A stretch of 64,000 nt of DNA from a virus, in the IMG/VR virus record IMGVR_UViG_3300005830_000045, positions 1-64,000 of that record; one strand, written 5' to 3'. The notes below the pieces were generated by a model that saw only the letters and a program-made list of their open reading frames with translations, was not told the DNA's origin and searched no databases. Each line of letters starts with the position of its first letter. The first letter of the stretch is position 1. Made by a program: the position numbers and the translations under genes. Positions 18,062 through 28,512 of the stretch are shown here, piece after piece.

Positions 18062-20707
18062 ATGGCGCTTGAGCGTGTTGGCCTTGGAGGCGTCCTGACT
18101 TTCGACAGCGCTCAAGCCGTTCGTGCTTCCGGTCAAGCGCGTGATGCTTTTAGCCGTTTCACGAGACAAGCCCAACCTGTTCCTCCTTTGATGGGGCGTA
18201 TAGGCCAATCTGTTCAAAGAGCAGCCCAACAAATGTTGCAAGGTGCTAGGCAGATTGGCCGAGGCATTGGACAGTTGGCAGGAGCCGCGCAACAAGCTGG
18301 CATGGCTCTATTGCCCATGACAGCCGCAGTGGGCGTAGGCGCTGAAAGGGCTGCCTCTTTCGAGCACCAGATGTCCGCTGTTCAAGCCATTACAGGAGGA
18401 ACTGCTGGCGACCTACAAACGCTCACTGCTGCTGCTCGGGCAGCAGGTATCGAAACTGCATTCAGCGCGACACAAGCTGGACAGGCCATGGAGTTTATGG
18501 CGAGAAGTGGCGCTAGCGCCACTGAAATCGTTGGTGGGCTTAGGGGTGTTGTCGATGCCGCCGCAGCAGAGGGCATTGAACTCGCCACCGCGTCAGACAT
18601 CATAGCTCAGTCAACACGTATCATGGGGCGAGAATGGAGTCAAGCCTCGAACACGGCTGATATTCTCGTCAGGACAGCCCAACGCTCGAACACCGATATC
18701 ATTCAGCTTGGCGAGGCAATGCGCTACGGCGGACAGTCAGCCCGTGTAGCTGGTATGGACCTTGAACAAACCTCTGCGATATTGGGACGCCTTGCGGATG
18801 CAGGCTTGAGAGGTTCAGTTGGCGGCACTTCTTTGCAAAATGCTCTAAGCAAACTCGCAAGGCCATCCAGGAGAGCACAAGAAATGATGCGCGAAATGCG
18901 CATCGAAATGACACGGACTGCGAGTGGCGGAGTAGATTTGACCAATATTTCGCAGCAACTCGCTGATCGTTTGCGCAATATTGAAGACCCATTGACAAGA
19001 ACGGATATTGCCGTTGAAATATTCGGTCAACGAGGAAGAAGAGCATTTGAAGCTCTGTCTCAGGCTGGCGAAGAAAGCGTGAGCAATTTAGAGGCACAAC
19101 TACGGCGTGCTTCTGAAGGCGCTGGTGCGGCAGCTGAAGCTGCTGCAACAAGGCTCGACAACCTCAAAGGCGCATTGACGCTTTTTGCTTCTTCGCTTGA
19201 AGGCGTGGCCATCACAATATTCGGACCCATGCTTGAACCGTTGAAGGATATTGTTCAAAACGTTACAGAGTATCTGAATCGGATTCTTATCGGCGTTGGT
19301 GCGATTATGGACGCTGGAGACAACCTTTCCGAAAGGTATGAAGCGCTGACTACGATTATGGAGAATGGCGGAGAAACCCAAGCAGGAGTTGTGCTTGGAA
19401 TTGTAGACGCTATCAACGACATGAGGAATGCTTTCAATTGGGTTCGCGAAACGGTCACAAGCCTGATATCTAGCATGGAAGCAGCCTTTGGCGCGGACAC
19501 AATTCGCCTGATTACTCGTATCGGCATCATCTTGGGGATTGCTGCTGCTGCTGTTGGCCCGGTTTTGTTGGCGGTCGGCACACTCATAGGGTTGATAGCT
19601 TCAATTGGATCAGGCATTATAAGTGGTGTTGGGTCTATATTGGGCGTTGTCTTTCTACCGCTCCTCGCTTCAATAGGTGTGCTTATTGGGTTGTTTTCTG
19701 TTATCCGCAGAGAAGGTGAAACTGTTGGTCAAACTTTTGCCAGAATCTGGGCTGTAATTCGAGAAGCAGCGTTGAGAGTTTGGGACCAAGGAATCAGGCC
19801 TTTCTATGAAGGTTTCATGAATATCATGATTCCTACTATTGAAGAGTTCAGAGTTTTGTGGCAGAATATAGTGCAAACATTTCGTAAGGAGATCAGCGAA
19901 TTAGCTGCTCAATTTGAGCAGTTTGGAAGCAGCACGCAGATCAGTTGGCAAGAAGTTGGACAAATGGTTGCACTAGTGATTAGGGGCATCATCACTGTCG
20001 TTTTACAGGTCATCCAAATCATGATTCAAGTCTGGAGCTATGCCATGGGCTTTTATATGCGCTATGGCCGAACCATGGTGAATAACGTTGTCCAAGCTTT
20101 CTCAGGAGTCATTACAATTATTGGGTCTGTTGTTCGTGCTTTGTCTGCGCTTTGGTCCGGAAACATTATTGGCGGAATGACTCACTTTGGACAAGCTATA
20201 ATGGACTTTATGCTTGAACCGATAAAGTCTGTTGTTCGAGGAATTGCGCAACTCGCTGATGCTTTTGGAGGCGAAAATTTAATAAGTCAAAGGGTCAGAG
20301 ATTGGTCAAGAGCGACAACGCCTATTGTTCGAGGCAGAGGCAGGCCTACAGGTCGTGGTTCAGACCTTTTCACTGGCTTGTTTGGCGATACTGGTGCACC
20401 GGCAGCAAGGGTTGCTCAGCCCACAGAAATAAGAAGAGAAACAGAAAGACTTGGAGAAAGAGTCACAAGAACTGCTGCACGCGGGGCAAGGAGAAGAAAC
20501 GTTGCTGGAAGCATCAGCGCTGACATCGAATTGCAAGATGAGCGCTCTATTGAAGTGAATAATGAAGTCTGTGTTGACGGACAGCAGCTTTCCGTAGCTT
20601 CACAACGGCACCGCACAGAAATAGGAGAGCGCTCTGGATTCAGAACAACGCCTTGGCAGAGGCGTGTACGGGCAGAACAAGGCGCTGCTCCGGTCACCGA
20701 GAGGTAA
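18062..20707 (+). CDS. Tape measure protein (TP901 family)
   Basis: FEHQMSAVQA, TAFSATQAGQAMEFMARSG, NTDIIQLGEAMRY, GLRGSVGGTSL, DNLKG. Confidence 0.93.
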   Translation: MALERVGLGGVLTFDSAQAVRASGQARDAFSRFTRQAQPVPPLMGRIGQSVQRAAQQMLQGARQIGRGIGQLAGAAQQAGMALLPMTAAVGVGAERAASFEHQMSAVQAITGGTAGDLQTLTAAARAAGIETAFSATQAGQAMEFMARSGASATEIVGGLRGVVDAAAAEGIELATASDIIAQSTRIMGREWSQASNTADILVRTAQRSNTDIIQLGEAMRYGGQSARVAGMDLEQTSAILGRLADAGLRGSVGGTSLQNALSKLARPSRRAQEMMREMRIEMTRTASGGVDLTNISQQLADRLRNIEDPLTRTDIAVEIFGQRGRRAFEALSQAGEESVSNLEAQLRRASEGAGAAAEAAATRLDNLKGALTLFASSLEGVAITIFGPMLEPLKDIVQNVTEYLNRILIGVGAIMDAGDNLSERYEALTTIMENGGETQAGVVLGIVDAINDMRNAFNWVRETVTSLISSMEAAFGADTIRLITRIGIILGIAAAAVGPVLLAVGTLIGLIASIGSGIISGVGSILGVVFLPLLASIGVLIGLFSVIRREGETVGQTFARIWAVIREAALRVWDQGIRPFYEGFMNIMIPTIEEFRVLWQNIVQTFRKEISELAAQFEQFGSSTQISWQEVGQMVALVIRGIITVVLQVIQIMIQVWSYAMGFYMRYGRTMVNNVVQAFSGVITIIGSVVRALSALWSGNIIGGMTHFGQAIMDFMLEPIKSVVRGIAQLADAFGGENLISQRVRDWSRATTPIVRGRGRPTGRGSDLFTGLFGDTGAPAARVAQPTEIRRETERLGERVTRTAARGARRRNVAGSISADIELQDERSIEVNNEVCVDGQQLSVASQRHRTEIGERSGFRTTPWQRRVRAEQGAAPVTER

Positions 20708-20709
20708 TT

Positions 20710-21495
20710 ATGTCGGCACTTAGTCTGTTCTTTGAAACTCGCAAATGGTACTTGAGAAATGAAGATACGGACGAAACGATAGAATCACAATTCCCAACAC
20801 CAAACGTTACAAGAGAGGTAACGAATAATTATGCTCGTCATATAGCGCTGAACCGTTCAAAAGAAATCATCCAGTACCTTTCGAGTAAAAACGACACGGT
20901 TTCTTTTGAAGGAATGTTCTTTGACGAAGGAACATTTTTTGACTTGTTCACAAATTCAGCAGAGGGCAAGATAAATAAGATTATCTCTTGGGCCAAAAAA
21001 GATGATGAGCTTGGCAGACCACCTATTGTTACTTTTTGGGTAGGCAACGGGTTTCTTGAGCAGACTTCTGTAATAGAATCAGTCACAGGAATCAATTATA
21101 GCGAACCAACTTCATTGGGTGCACTTCGCAAAGTTACATTTACGATCAATCTTCTTCAGTATGAAGACTTTGACCTTGGTGGCATTTCAATCCTCGAAAC
21201 GAGGTATCACAGAGCAAGAGTGCGAGACTATTATGAATTGTTGACGTACCGTGAATATGGCAATGCGCTAATTGGTGACGTCATCCGGAAACGCCACCCG
21301 GATCAACCAAATCTTGAATCTGGAGACGTTGTAAAACTTCCTTCAATTGGCGCAATTAGAACTAAAAAGGTTCAGCCTACTTCGATTGCTTTGAGTACAG
21401 CATATGGAAGGAAAGAAACACCACAAAGGGCTTTGAGAATTGCAACATTTGACAGCAGGAATAGGAAGTACGTGTCGCACGTAGTGGTTGAATAA
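20710..21495 (+). CDS. Tail tube initiator / baseplate protein with LysM-like C-terminus
   Basis: RPPIVTFWVG..VIESV; YELLTYREYGN..I..HPD..LESGDVVKLP. Confidence 0.65.
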   Translation: MSALSLFFETRKWYLRNEDTDETIESQFPTPNVTREVTNNYARHIALNRSKEIIQYLSSKNDTVSFEGMFFDEGTFFDLFTNSAEGKINKIISWAKKDDELGRPPIVTFWVGNGFLEQTSVIESVTGINYSEPTSLGALRKVTFTINLLQYEDFDLGGISILETRYHRARVRDYYELLTYREYGNALIGDVIRKRHPDQPNLESGDVVKLPSIGAIRTKKVQPTSIALSTAYGRKETPQRALRIATFDSRNRKYVSHVVVE

Positions 21496-22706
21496 TGCCA
21501 ACGCTTGTGCCAAATTACGTCATCCAAGTAGGCGGTGCCGGGTATGAAATTGACACCGGTATTCGTCGCTTGATTCAAACGGTTGAATACGAAAGCGCAG
21601 ATGGCATGGCAGACGTCATGCATATTCGAGCAGTCAATCCAGGCTTTCAGTTGTCAGATTCACGCCTTTTTGCACCAGGCAACGAGGTTTCTCTTTGGAT
21701 GGGTTACGGAACAGATCAATTGGTTCACGTTGGAAGAGTAAAGATTTACAAGAATATGCCGACATTCCCGCAAGATGGGTGGCCTACATTTGAAGCCGTT
21801 GGCTACACAAAAGACCACGACATGATGCATCGACAGCCAGAGGTATCAAGTCGTGACCGTGCAAACGGAGCAAGAGGCAGCCAACGTGGTGGAAGAAGAT
21901 TCACGCAACTAAAGTACAGCGAAGCAGTTGCGGAACGTGCTGAAGACTACGGGTTTGAACTTGACATTGATGACACCCACGATGAGCCTTCCAATTTCAT
22001 ACAAAGGGCAGGAATGTCTGATTATGATTTCATCAAGGGGTTGTCAAATTTGACAGGTTTCTACTTTTGGGTTGATGGCGATGAACAAGGAACTTGGACT
22101 TTGCATTTCAAAGACCCAGAAACTTTCGATAGCGGGCAAGAAAGAATATTCACACTTGAATACAACAACGGGAACTTTTCTACTCTGTTTTCTTTTGAAC
22201 CTGAGTTTCTGATAACTGGAGCTGTAACGCGAATTAGAGCAAGAGTCAGGAATGCGCGTACAGGACGAATAATGGAAGCAGAATTCACAGAGGATAATCT
22301 TGATGCTCCAGATTTGGCTTTTGAGGAAGAAAGTGGAGGATTAGGGTTTGATTCCGTTGATCTTCCAGAGATTGAATCTGCTCCAGCAACATCGACTGCT
22401 GTTCAGCTTTTCATTGGCGATTATTCGTTTGAAGACCTTACAAGTAGAAGATTTGGCACAGAAGCGGAATTGATCAATTGGGCTCGACAGTGGTTTAGAA
22501 GGCAACGAGAAAACTTTATACTAAGCAGAGGAGTATGTATTGGAGTTGAAGACATTATGTGCCGTCAGGTTCATACGATTTCAGGAGTTGGAACTGTGTA
22601 TGATGGTGATTATTTCTTTAGCCGTGTAAAGCACAAGATGGATGGCGAGGGCCAAGGATACACCCTCGATTTCAATTGTCGAAAGCAAACTCCACGGGTG
22701 GCGTGA
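21495..22706 (+). CDS. Baseplate hub (late control D / gp27-like)
   Basis: GNEVSLWMGYG, Q..MSDYDFIKGL..GFYFWVD, GVG..YDGDYFFSRVKH. Confidence 0.85.
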   Translation: MPTLVPNYVIQVGGAGYEIDTGIRRLIQTVEYESADGMADVMHIRAVNPGFQLSDSRLFAPGNEVSLWMGYGTDQLVHVGRVKIYKNMPTFPQDGWPTFEAVGYTKDHDMMHRQPEVSSRDRANGARGSQRGGRRFTQLKYSEAVAERAEDYGFELDIDDTHDEPSNFIQRAGMSDYDFIKGLSNLTGFYFWVDGDEQGTWTLHFKDPETFDSGQERIFTLEYNNGNFSTLFSFEPEFLITGAVTRIRARVRNARTGRIMEAEFTEDNLDAPDLAFEEESGGLGFDSVDLPEIESAPATSTAVQLFIGDYSFEDLTSRRFGTEAELINWARQWFRRQRENFILSRGVCIGVEDIMCRQVHTISGVGTVYDGDYFFSRVKHKMDGEGQGYTLDFNCRKQTPRVA

Positions 22707-23518
22707 TGCCAATTAGAACAGAAACAATGAGCGCCACAGTCACAGCAAACAATGATGATGAGAAGCGTGGCAGAATACGCGTAGCTTGTGTCGAATTGCT
22801 TGGAGACGATGATGCAGACCTGCCTATGTGGGTTGAGCCTATCTTTGATTGGGGCTGGTTTTTCGTGCCTGACGTTGGTGAAATTGTAGAACTTGAAGTC
22901 ACCGCTTCATCTGATATGGACGAGTCATTTCTTCAAGCTTCAATCGACCAACTTAATGTGAAATGGCGAGGACAGAGGTACTACGGGAATGAAGAAGCAG
23001 ACGTGCCAACCGTTATCCATCCCTTTTTCTCTGAAGAGAATTATGGGAAGAGAAGAGGATTTGCTACTCCATTTGGCCACATTATCATGTTTGACGACAC
23101 TGAAGGAAGTCCCAAGGTAAATCTTACGTGGGCGTCTGAAACTCAGGCTGCTGATGCTGAGAAGATCAGCCAAATTCTTATTGACACAGATGGAACAATA
23201 AAGCTTAGTGTTTTAGGGAAACACACAATACATCTCAAAGAAAATGAAATAGAGGTGAAGCTTGATGAAGGGGCAAGCTTGAAGGTGGTTGGAAAAGATG
23301 ATCAAACCGTTACAAACCTTGGCGATGGAGCAGTTGCTGTGGCTATTGCTGATCACCTCGAAACCTTTTACAGCCAACTCAAAACTTACATAGAAAACGC
23401 ATTTGTGAATACAGCGATGGGGCCTTCAGCGACAATAACAGCTTCTGTTGGGCCAGCAACAAGTTGGGATTCAAAGATCAATTCCGATAAGTTGAAGGTT
23501 CCAGATACAACACCATAA
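22706..23518 (+). CDS. Baseplate spike (gpV / gp5 OB-fold)
   Basis: VTANNDDEKRGRIRV..W..GWFFVPDVGEIV; TPFGHIIMFDDT. Confidence 0.85.
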   Translation: MPIRTETMSATVTANNDDEKRGRIRVACVELLGDDDADLPMWVEPIFDWGWFFVPDVGEIVELEVTASSDMDESFLQASIDQLNVKWRGQRYYGNEEADVPTVIHPFFSEENYGKRRGFATPFGHIIMFDDTEGSPKVNLTWASETQAADAEKISQILIDTDGTIKLSVLGKHTIHLKENEIEVKLDEGASLKVVGKDDQTVTNLGDGAVAVAIADHLETFYSQLKTYIENAFVNTAMGPSATITASVGPATSWDSKINSDKLKVPDTTP

Positions 23519-24030
23519 TGGCTTTAGTTTCTGCAACATTGGCCTCAAGCTTGGCCACATTGGAACCGACCGATAGCGTGTCTGTCGCTATTGACAGGAT
23601 TGCGACTGCGTTCACGAATTATTTCGGCGGTGCATCTGTATTGGGCGCTCTTGCTGCCCCCGCTGTGCTAGACGGTGCGCCGAAATCTGCGATGGCAGGA
23701 GCTATGGGCGGCTTGAACTCAATAGGAGGAGCAGCAGGAGCCATTTCTGCTGGCATCTCCGCTTTTTGGTCCGCGTTGTTGGGCTTGGAAGCTACGATTT
23801 GGATCATGATTCCACCGACGATCATGATTCCTTCAACAACAATTCTGCCACCAGGATTGGGAGGTTTGACAGCGGCAATCCAAGGAGCTTTTGACGCGAA
23901 CGTTGCTGCCGGGTCAGACCTTGCTTCGGCAGCAAATACTTTGGCAGCGGCAATCCATGGAACGCAATTAGGAGGCACGGTTCAAACCCAGGTTCCTCCT
24001 TCTGCTCCGGTTGCTTCTCCGATACTGTGA
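23518..24030 (+). CDS. Ala/Gly-rich hypothetical baseplate-region protein
   Basis: TAATG coupling; 170 aa, hydrophobic. Confidence 0.55.
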   Translation: MALVSATLASSLATLEPTDSVSVAIDRIATAFTNYFGGASVLGALAAPAVLDGAPKSAMAGAMGGLNSIGGAAGAISAGISAFWSALLGLEATIWIMIPPTIMIPSTTILPPGLGGLTAAIQGAFDANVAAGSDLASAANTLAAAIHGTQLGGTVQTQVPPSAPVASPIL

Positions 24031-24037
24031 GGCGAAC

Positions 24038-24412
24038 ATGCCTGTTGGATTCGCATTGCCCGTTCGTGCATCTTCAAGCGGAGGAATACGCCTTGTTGGC
24101 GGCGACGAAAACAACGACAAATTGATTAGCCTCGCTTTGGGCTCTGACGAAAATGAAAACGCATTTCAACAGGATATAGGTCTTGGCGATTTCATGGTAT
24201 TCGACACAGAAAGTCCTGCAATACGCGGCAAAATCATGAGTCGTTTGCGCAAAATATTTCAACGCTTTGAAGCCCAAAAACGTTTCAGATTACTCCCAGA
24301 AACAGTAGAATGGTCTTCAGACCAGGGAAACCAAGATTTGATTCTTCAATTCAAGTACCACGACCTAGAATCTGATGAAATCAAAACGTTTTCCAGAAAG
24401 ATTGGTCCTTAG
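24038..24412 (+). CDS. Baseplate wedge gp25/gpW-like (sheath initiator)
   Basis: GFALP..LI.L.L..GLG.F.VFD; position before baseplate J. Confidence 0.7.
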   Translation: MPVGFALPVRASSSGGIRLVGGDENNDKLISLALGSDENENAFQQDIGLGDFMVFDTESPAIRGKIMSRLRKIFQRFEAQKRFRLLPETVEWSSDQGNQDLILQFKYHDLESDEIKTFSRKIGP

Positions 24413-24415
24413 AAG

Positions 24416-26572
24416 ATGGCCAGCACAACTATACAAATACCAAACTTTGACTTTTCAGCGTTCTATTATCCGCAAATACTTGAAGCATTGATCCGTTACA
24501 AAAGAGAAAACGTTCCAGAGCTGACGGACGAATCAGAGTTTGAACCTTCCATCCAGATGCTTCGTGCAATGGCTTTGGTCGGACACTTGAATAGTTGTAC
24601 GATTGATTTAGTTGCAAATGAGTCTACGCTTCCAACGGCCCAATTGGTTGAAACAGTTCGCAATATGTTGCGGTTGATTGGGTATGAACTTTCCTCTGCT
24701 ACTCCTTCACAAGTTGAACTTCTTTACAAATTATCTCGCACGTTTTCTTCCACAATAGAAATAGTTAGTGAACGTGCTCGGGTGGCGACAGAACGTTCTG
24801 GAAGCGATGCAATTATAACTGTTGAGGCGAATGCAGCTGTTTCCGTTGATCGAACAGATCAGTTAGGTGCTGCTTTTTCGTTGGAAGATGCAACATATAC
24901 AGACAGAACCGCAAAACTTGTTAGCATAGCACCGGTCGATGACTTTTCACCTTGGGTCACCCCAGGCGTAGGCGACAGCCTATACTTCGGACACGCCTCA
25001 ATCCTCTGGGACAAGCTCAATATCGAGCTATCTACAGGAGGTTCTGGCCTCATAGGAATTTGGGAGTTTTACGACGGCGACTGGTTGAAGGTGAAACCTG
25101 ATTCGGCCACACCAGCAGGCGCGAATATCACGTTTGTTTTGAATGGACTTTTGGGCTCTGCCCAGAGACCAGGCACGACAGTGCGCGCTACTTTGAATGA
25201 AACAGGAGCCTATGAAGAGGCACAAGTTCAATGGAACGGCTCACAAAATTTTATAGTTGTTGGACTTCTTGGGCAATCTTCTCCTTCGTCTGACACCGAG
25301 GATTATTCTGTTGGTTCTGATTGGACTGAAATAGATGACGTTACAGACGGGACAATGAACCTTCAACAGACGGGAGAAGTTTCATATACAATCCCGCAAT
25401 CTGTTACCAAGAATTGGGTGAAAACAACAGTAAATAACGTTGAAGCGTATTGGATCAGGTATCGTCTTGTAGTTGTTTCTGCGCCTGTTTCTCCTGTGTT
25501 TAGGAACACAAATTTGGACCGTGGGAATCAGTACGTGATCCAACTTGCCACCCAAGGTTTTACAACCTTAGACAGCCCTTTGGGAAGCTCAACTGGTCTT
25601 GCTGACCAACGTTTTGAAACTTCTCGTGAAAACTTTATAAAAGGCTCACAGTCTGTTGAAGTTGATAACATTGAGTGGACAGAAGTTGACAATTTCGTGA
25701 ATAGCCAACCAACTGATCGACATTACGTCATTGAGCTTGGAAAAAACGACAAAGCAACTGTAGTTTTTGGGTCTGGGGCCGCAGGGTTGATTCCACCTAT
25801 TGGAGTAAATAATATCTCCATCGAATATCGGTATGGCGCTCAAGATGACGGCAACGTTGGCCCGGATACATTGAAAGTTGATAAAACAGGGTTGACTTAT
25901 GTTGACTCAATAACAAATCCTCGACAAGCAAGCGGTTGGAAAGAGGCAGATGGTTCGTCAACTGAGAGCCTTGAACGGGCAAAAATTGAAGGCCCAGCAT
26001 CCATTATATCTGGTGATGTCGCTATTGGGACGGATGATGTTGAAACTTTGACAAGGTCTTTTGCGGATAACCTAGGTTCAAAACCATATGCAAGAGCGTT
26101 AGCAATTGAAGAAGGATTTGGTGCGAAGACAATAGAGCTTGTTGTTGTTCTTCAAGGCGGAGGCCTTGCTTCCGCTGCTCAGCTTGAAGAATTGGCGGAA
26201 TATTTCAACGGAGACAAATATTCCACACCGCCTAAACGGCAAAGGATTGTCGCCAATCAAGAGGTCACCGTTGTAAACTACACGCCAAGAGTCATTGACG
26301 TCACAGCAGTAGTCAAGACGGAAGCAACAGCACAAGAGATCAAGAATAGACTCACACAAGTTCTCAGGCCGGAAGCTTTGAAAAATGATGGCGTAAATTA
26401 TGAATGGGAATTTGGCGGTAAAGTCACAGTTTCCAGGATAAATCACGAGATATTCAGCGTTGACGAAAACACTACAGATGTGGACATAACTTCGCCAGCG
26501 TCAGATGTACAATTAGGAGACAGGGAATTGCCTACGGTCGGCACCTTGTCTATCATAGTTGTTGAGCCGTGA
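24416..26572 (+). CDS. Baseplate J-like wedge protein
   Basis: PELTD..EP, ANES.LPTAQ..LIGY, STGLADQRF, VFG.G..G.IPP.G..I.IEYR.G..GNV. Confidence 0.9.
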   Translation: MASTTIQIPNFDFSAFYYPQILEALIRYKRENVPELTDESEFEPSIQMLRAMALVGHLNSCTIDLVANESTLPTAQLVETVRNMLRLIGYELSSATPSQVELLYKLSRTFSSTIEIVSERARVATERSGSDAIITVEANAAVSVDRTDQLGAAFSLEDATYTDRTAKLVSIAPVDDFSPWVTPGVGDSLYFGHASILWDKLNIELSTGGSGLIGIWEFYDGDWLKVKPDSATPAGANITFVLNGLLGSAQRPGTTVRATLNETGAYEEAQVQWNGSQNFIVVGLLGQSSPSSDTEDYSVGSDWTEIDDVTDGTMNLQQTGEVSYTIPQSVTKNWVKTTVNNVEAYWIRYRLVVVSAPVSPVFRNTNLDRGNQYVIQLATQGFTTLDSPLGSSTGLADQRFETSRENFIKGSQSVEVDNIEWTEVDNFVNSQPTDRHYVIELGKNDKATVVFGSGAAGLIPPIGVNNISIEYRYGAQDDGNVGPDTLKVDKTGLTYVDSITNPRQASGWKEADGSSTESLERAKIEGPASIISGDVAIGTDDVETLTRSFADNLGSKPYARALAIEEGFGAKTIELVVVLQGGGLASAAQLEELAEYFNGDKYSTPPKRQRIVANQEVTVVNYTPRVIDVTAVVKTEATAQEIKNRLTQVLRPEALKNDGVNYEWEFGGKVTVSRINHEIFSVDENTTDVDITSPASDVQLGDRELPTVGTLSIIVVEP

Positions 26573-26580
26573 GGTGAATC

Positions 26581-26982
26581 GTGGCAGGTTTGGTTGACTC
26601 GAAAGAGAACGAAGTTTTGGATGAGCTTTTGGGAAACGCTACGCTCATGCCTGATCCTGTGTATATCGGTTTGATGACTACAGCTCCAAGCGATGATGGG
26701 ACAGGAGTTGTTGAGCCTATTGGAAATGGATATGCTCGTGTAAGCGTTGACAACAATTTGACGGAATGGCCTGCGGCTGTTTCTGGTTCAAAGTCAAACG
26801 CGAATAACGTAACTTTCCCTTCAGCGACTGGCGCTTGGGGAACAATTACTCACTTTGGCATATTCGATGCTATTTCTGGCGGAAACCTCTTAGCGTATGG
26901 AGCCTTGAATACTCCCAGAAACGTTTTGACGTCTGATGTTTTCAGGTTCCTCGCTGGTGATTTGACGGTGTCGCTCGACTGA
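26581..26982 (+). CDS. Conserved phage tail/fibre-associated protein
   Basis: GYARV..SNANNVTFPSATGAWGTITHFGIFDA..GGNLL motif. Confidence 0.75.
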   Translation: MAGLVDSKENEVLDELLGNATLMPDPVYIGLMTTAPSDDGTGVVEPIGNGYARVSVDNNLTEWPAAVSGSKSNANNVTFPSATGAWGTITHFGIFDAISGGNLLAYGALNTPRNVLTSDVFRFLAGDLTVSLD

Positions 26983-27653
26983 TGGCAAATATAGATGCAG
27001 AAGGCAGTATTGCCGTAGCTTGTTCTCTTTCAACCGAGGCAAGTCTTTTAGGTATCTTGAACGGAAGTGTGTCGCAGTCATTTCTCGCGACAGGCAACAT
27101 GGTTTCCGCACCGCGTTTATCTTCCGTTGTAGCTTTATCCGGATATAAAGTACGTTTCACGTTTGATCAAGCAATGAAAAACGATAGTAGGCTAATTGAT
27201 CCAACAAATTATTTCGTAACTCCATCTTCTTCATCAGGAGTTGCTGTTTACGTTTCTTCGGTTGAACCAGAAGGCGTTCTCAATCCTACCTATGTTGATT
27301 TGACCGTGAATGAGATGACAGGAGGTGTAGGATACCAAGGCAGAGTCAACGCAGGCTTGAATGCTCCGGTCAGCCGTCTTGATATCGCGATAAACTTCTC
27401 TGGAAACACCGCTTCCTTTTTTGGCGAAGGTGAAAACCCAACTATTGTTTCGGTTGAAGCTATTGGTTCCAACCGTGTTGACATAACTTTCAGCGAACCA
27501 ATGTTGGATAACGATTCAATTCGTGACCCGACAAACTATATTTTCGACAACGGGCTGACAACGATAGCAATTTTGAACGTTGTTTCCAACAGAGTAGAAT
27601 TGGTCACGTCTGATCAGGTTCCAGGAATTATCTACAACCTGATGATTGGGTAA
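26982..27653 (+). CDS. Protein with two Ig-like repeats
   Basis: VRFTFDQAMKND..DPTNY and VDITFSEPMLDND..DPTNY. Confidence 0.65.
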   Translation: MANIDAEGSIAVACSLSTEASLLGILNGSVSQSFLATGNMVSAPRLSSVVALSGYKVRFTFDQAMKNDSRLIDPTNYFVTPSSSSGVAVYVSSVEPEGVLNPTYVDLTVNEMTGGVGYQGRVNAGLNAPVSRLDIAINFSGNTASFFGEGENPTIVSVEAIGSNRVDITFSEPMLDNDSIRDPTNYIFDNGLTTIAILNVVSNRVELVTSDQVPGIIYNLMIG

Positions 27654-27669
27654 TTGAAGGGGAAAACGT

Positions 27670-28512
27670 ATGTCGGCATCCATGCAAATTGATCAAGTAG
27701 GAATTGCCGCTGGCACTCCTGGACTTGCCCGTACAGATGGCCTCGATGACGGCGCAACAGTTACGCTGACAAGTATTACTGTTGGCACGACTTATCGCTT
27801 TGAGTTTCTATGGGTTCCTTCCGGTGACACGACAGCAGTGGCTAGTCTCGCAGCGACAGGCTCACCGGAGATTTGGGAGTTTAGCCCAACTCCAAATGTG
27901 TACGGAACATATCGAATACGGCTGATTGTTGATGAAGGATTGCCGACTGAAGACGAAACAATCAGAGTTTTTGGGATAAGAAACTCATCTGGTCTACTTT
28001 CTCCTGCTTTCAACGAAAAGGCTGATGAGGGCGCTTCTTTGGTTCTTCACACTCCTGATGAAGTGGAAGGATCAGAGAATAACGAAGTTTCAGGCGTGTC
28101 TGGATTACAATGGACGGGTTGGCACGACTTTTTCACGTTGACGACAAATCTTCTCGATACGATAAACAGAACGCGATATATCAAGCAAGCTTTCAACGAA
28201 CAAGAGGGCATTACACCCTCAAGCGTTGGAGCTTGGAAGCTGAAGCAAGGAACTTTGAAAGCTGGTTCTTCAGTTTACTTCGGTTCAAGCACAGGAACCC
28301 ACACGGTAACAGCTAGATTGCGCAGAGTTGGAGATCCAGTTCCAATTGTTGCTCAATGGCAAACAACAAGCGGATTGTCAAACGTCAATTTGGCTTCCGA
28401 TGCAACTTTGCCGGCTGATGATTGGTATTATCTTGAAATATTCAGCGGAGACGCAGCAGCAGTTGCTTTGCTCGATGGCGTGGACTTTGTTGCAGAACAG
28501 GATGCACCATGA
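27670..28512 (+). CDS. Virion protein with PKD/Ig-like N-terminal domain
   Basis: F.P...GTYRIRLIVDEG motif. Confidence 0.55.
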   Translation: MSASMQIDQVGIAAGTPGLARTDGLDDGATVTLTSITVGTTYRFEFLWVPSGDTTAVASLAATGSPEIWEFSPTPNVYGTYRIRLIVDEGLPTEDETIRVFGIRNSSGLLSPAFNEKADEGASLVLHTPDEVEGSENNEVSGVSGLQWTGWHDFFTLTTNLLDTINRTRYIKQAFNEQEGITPSSVGAWKLKQGTLKAGSSVYFGSSTGTHTVTARLRRVGDPVPIVAQWQTTSGLSNVNLASDATLPADDWYYLEIFSGDAAAVALLDGVDFVAEQDAP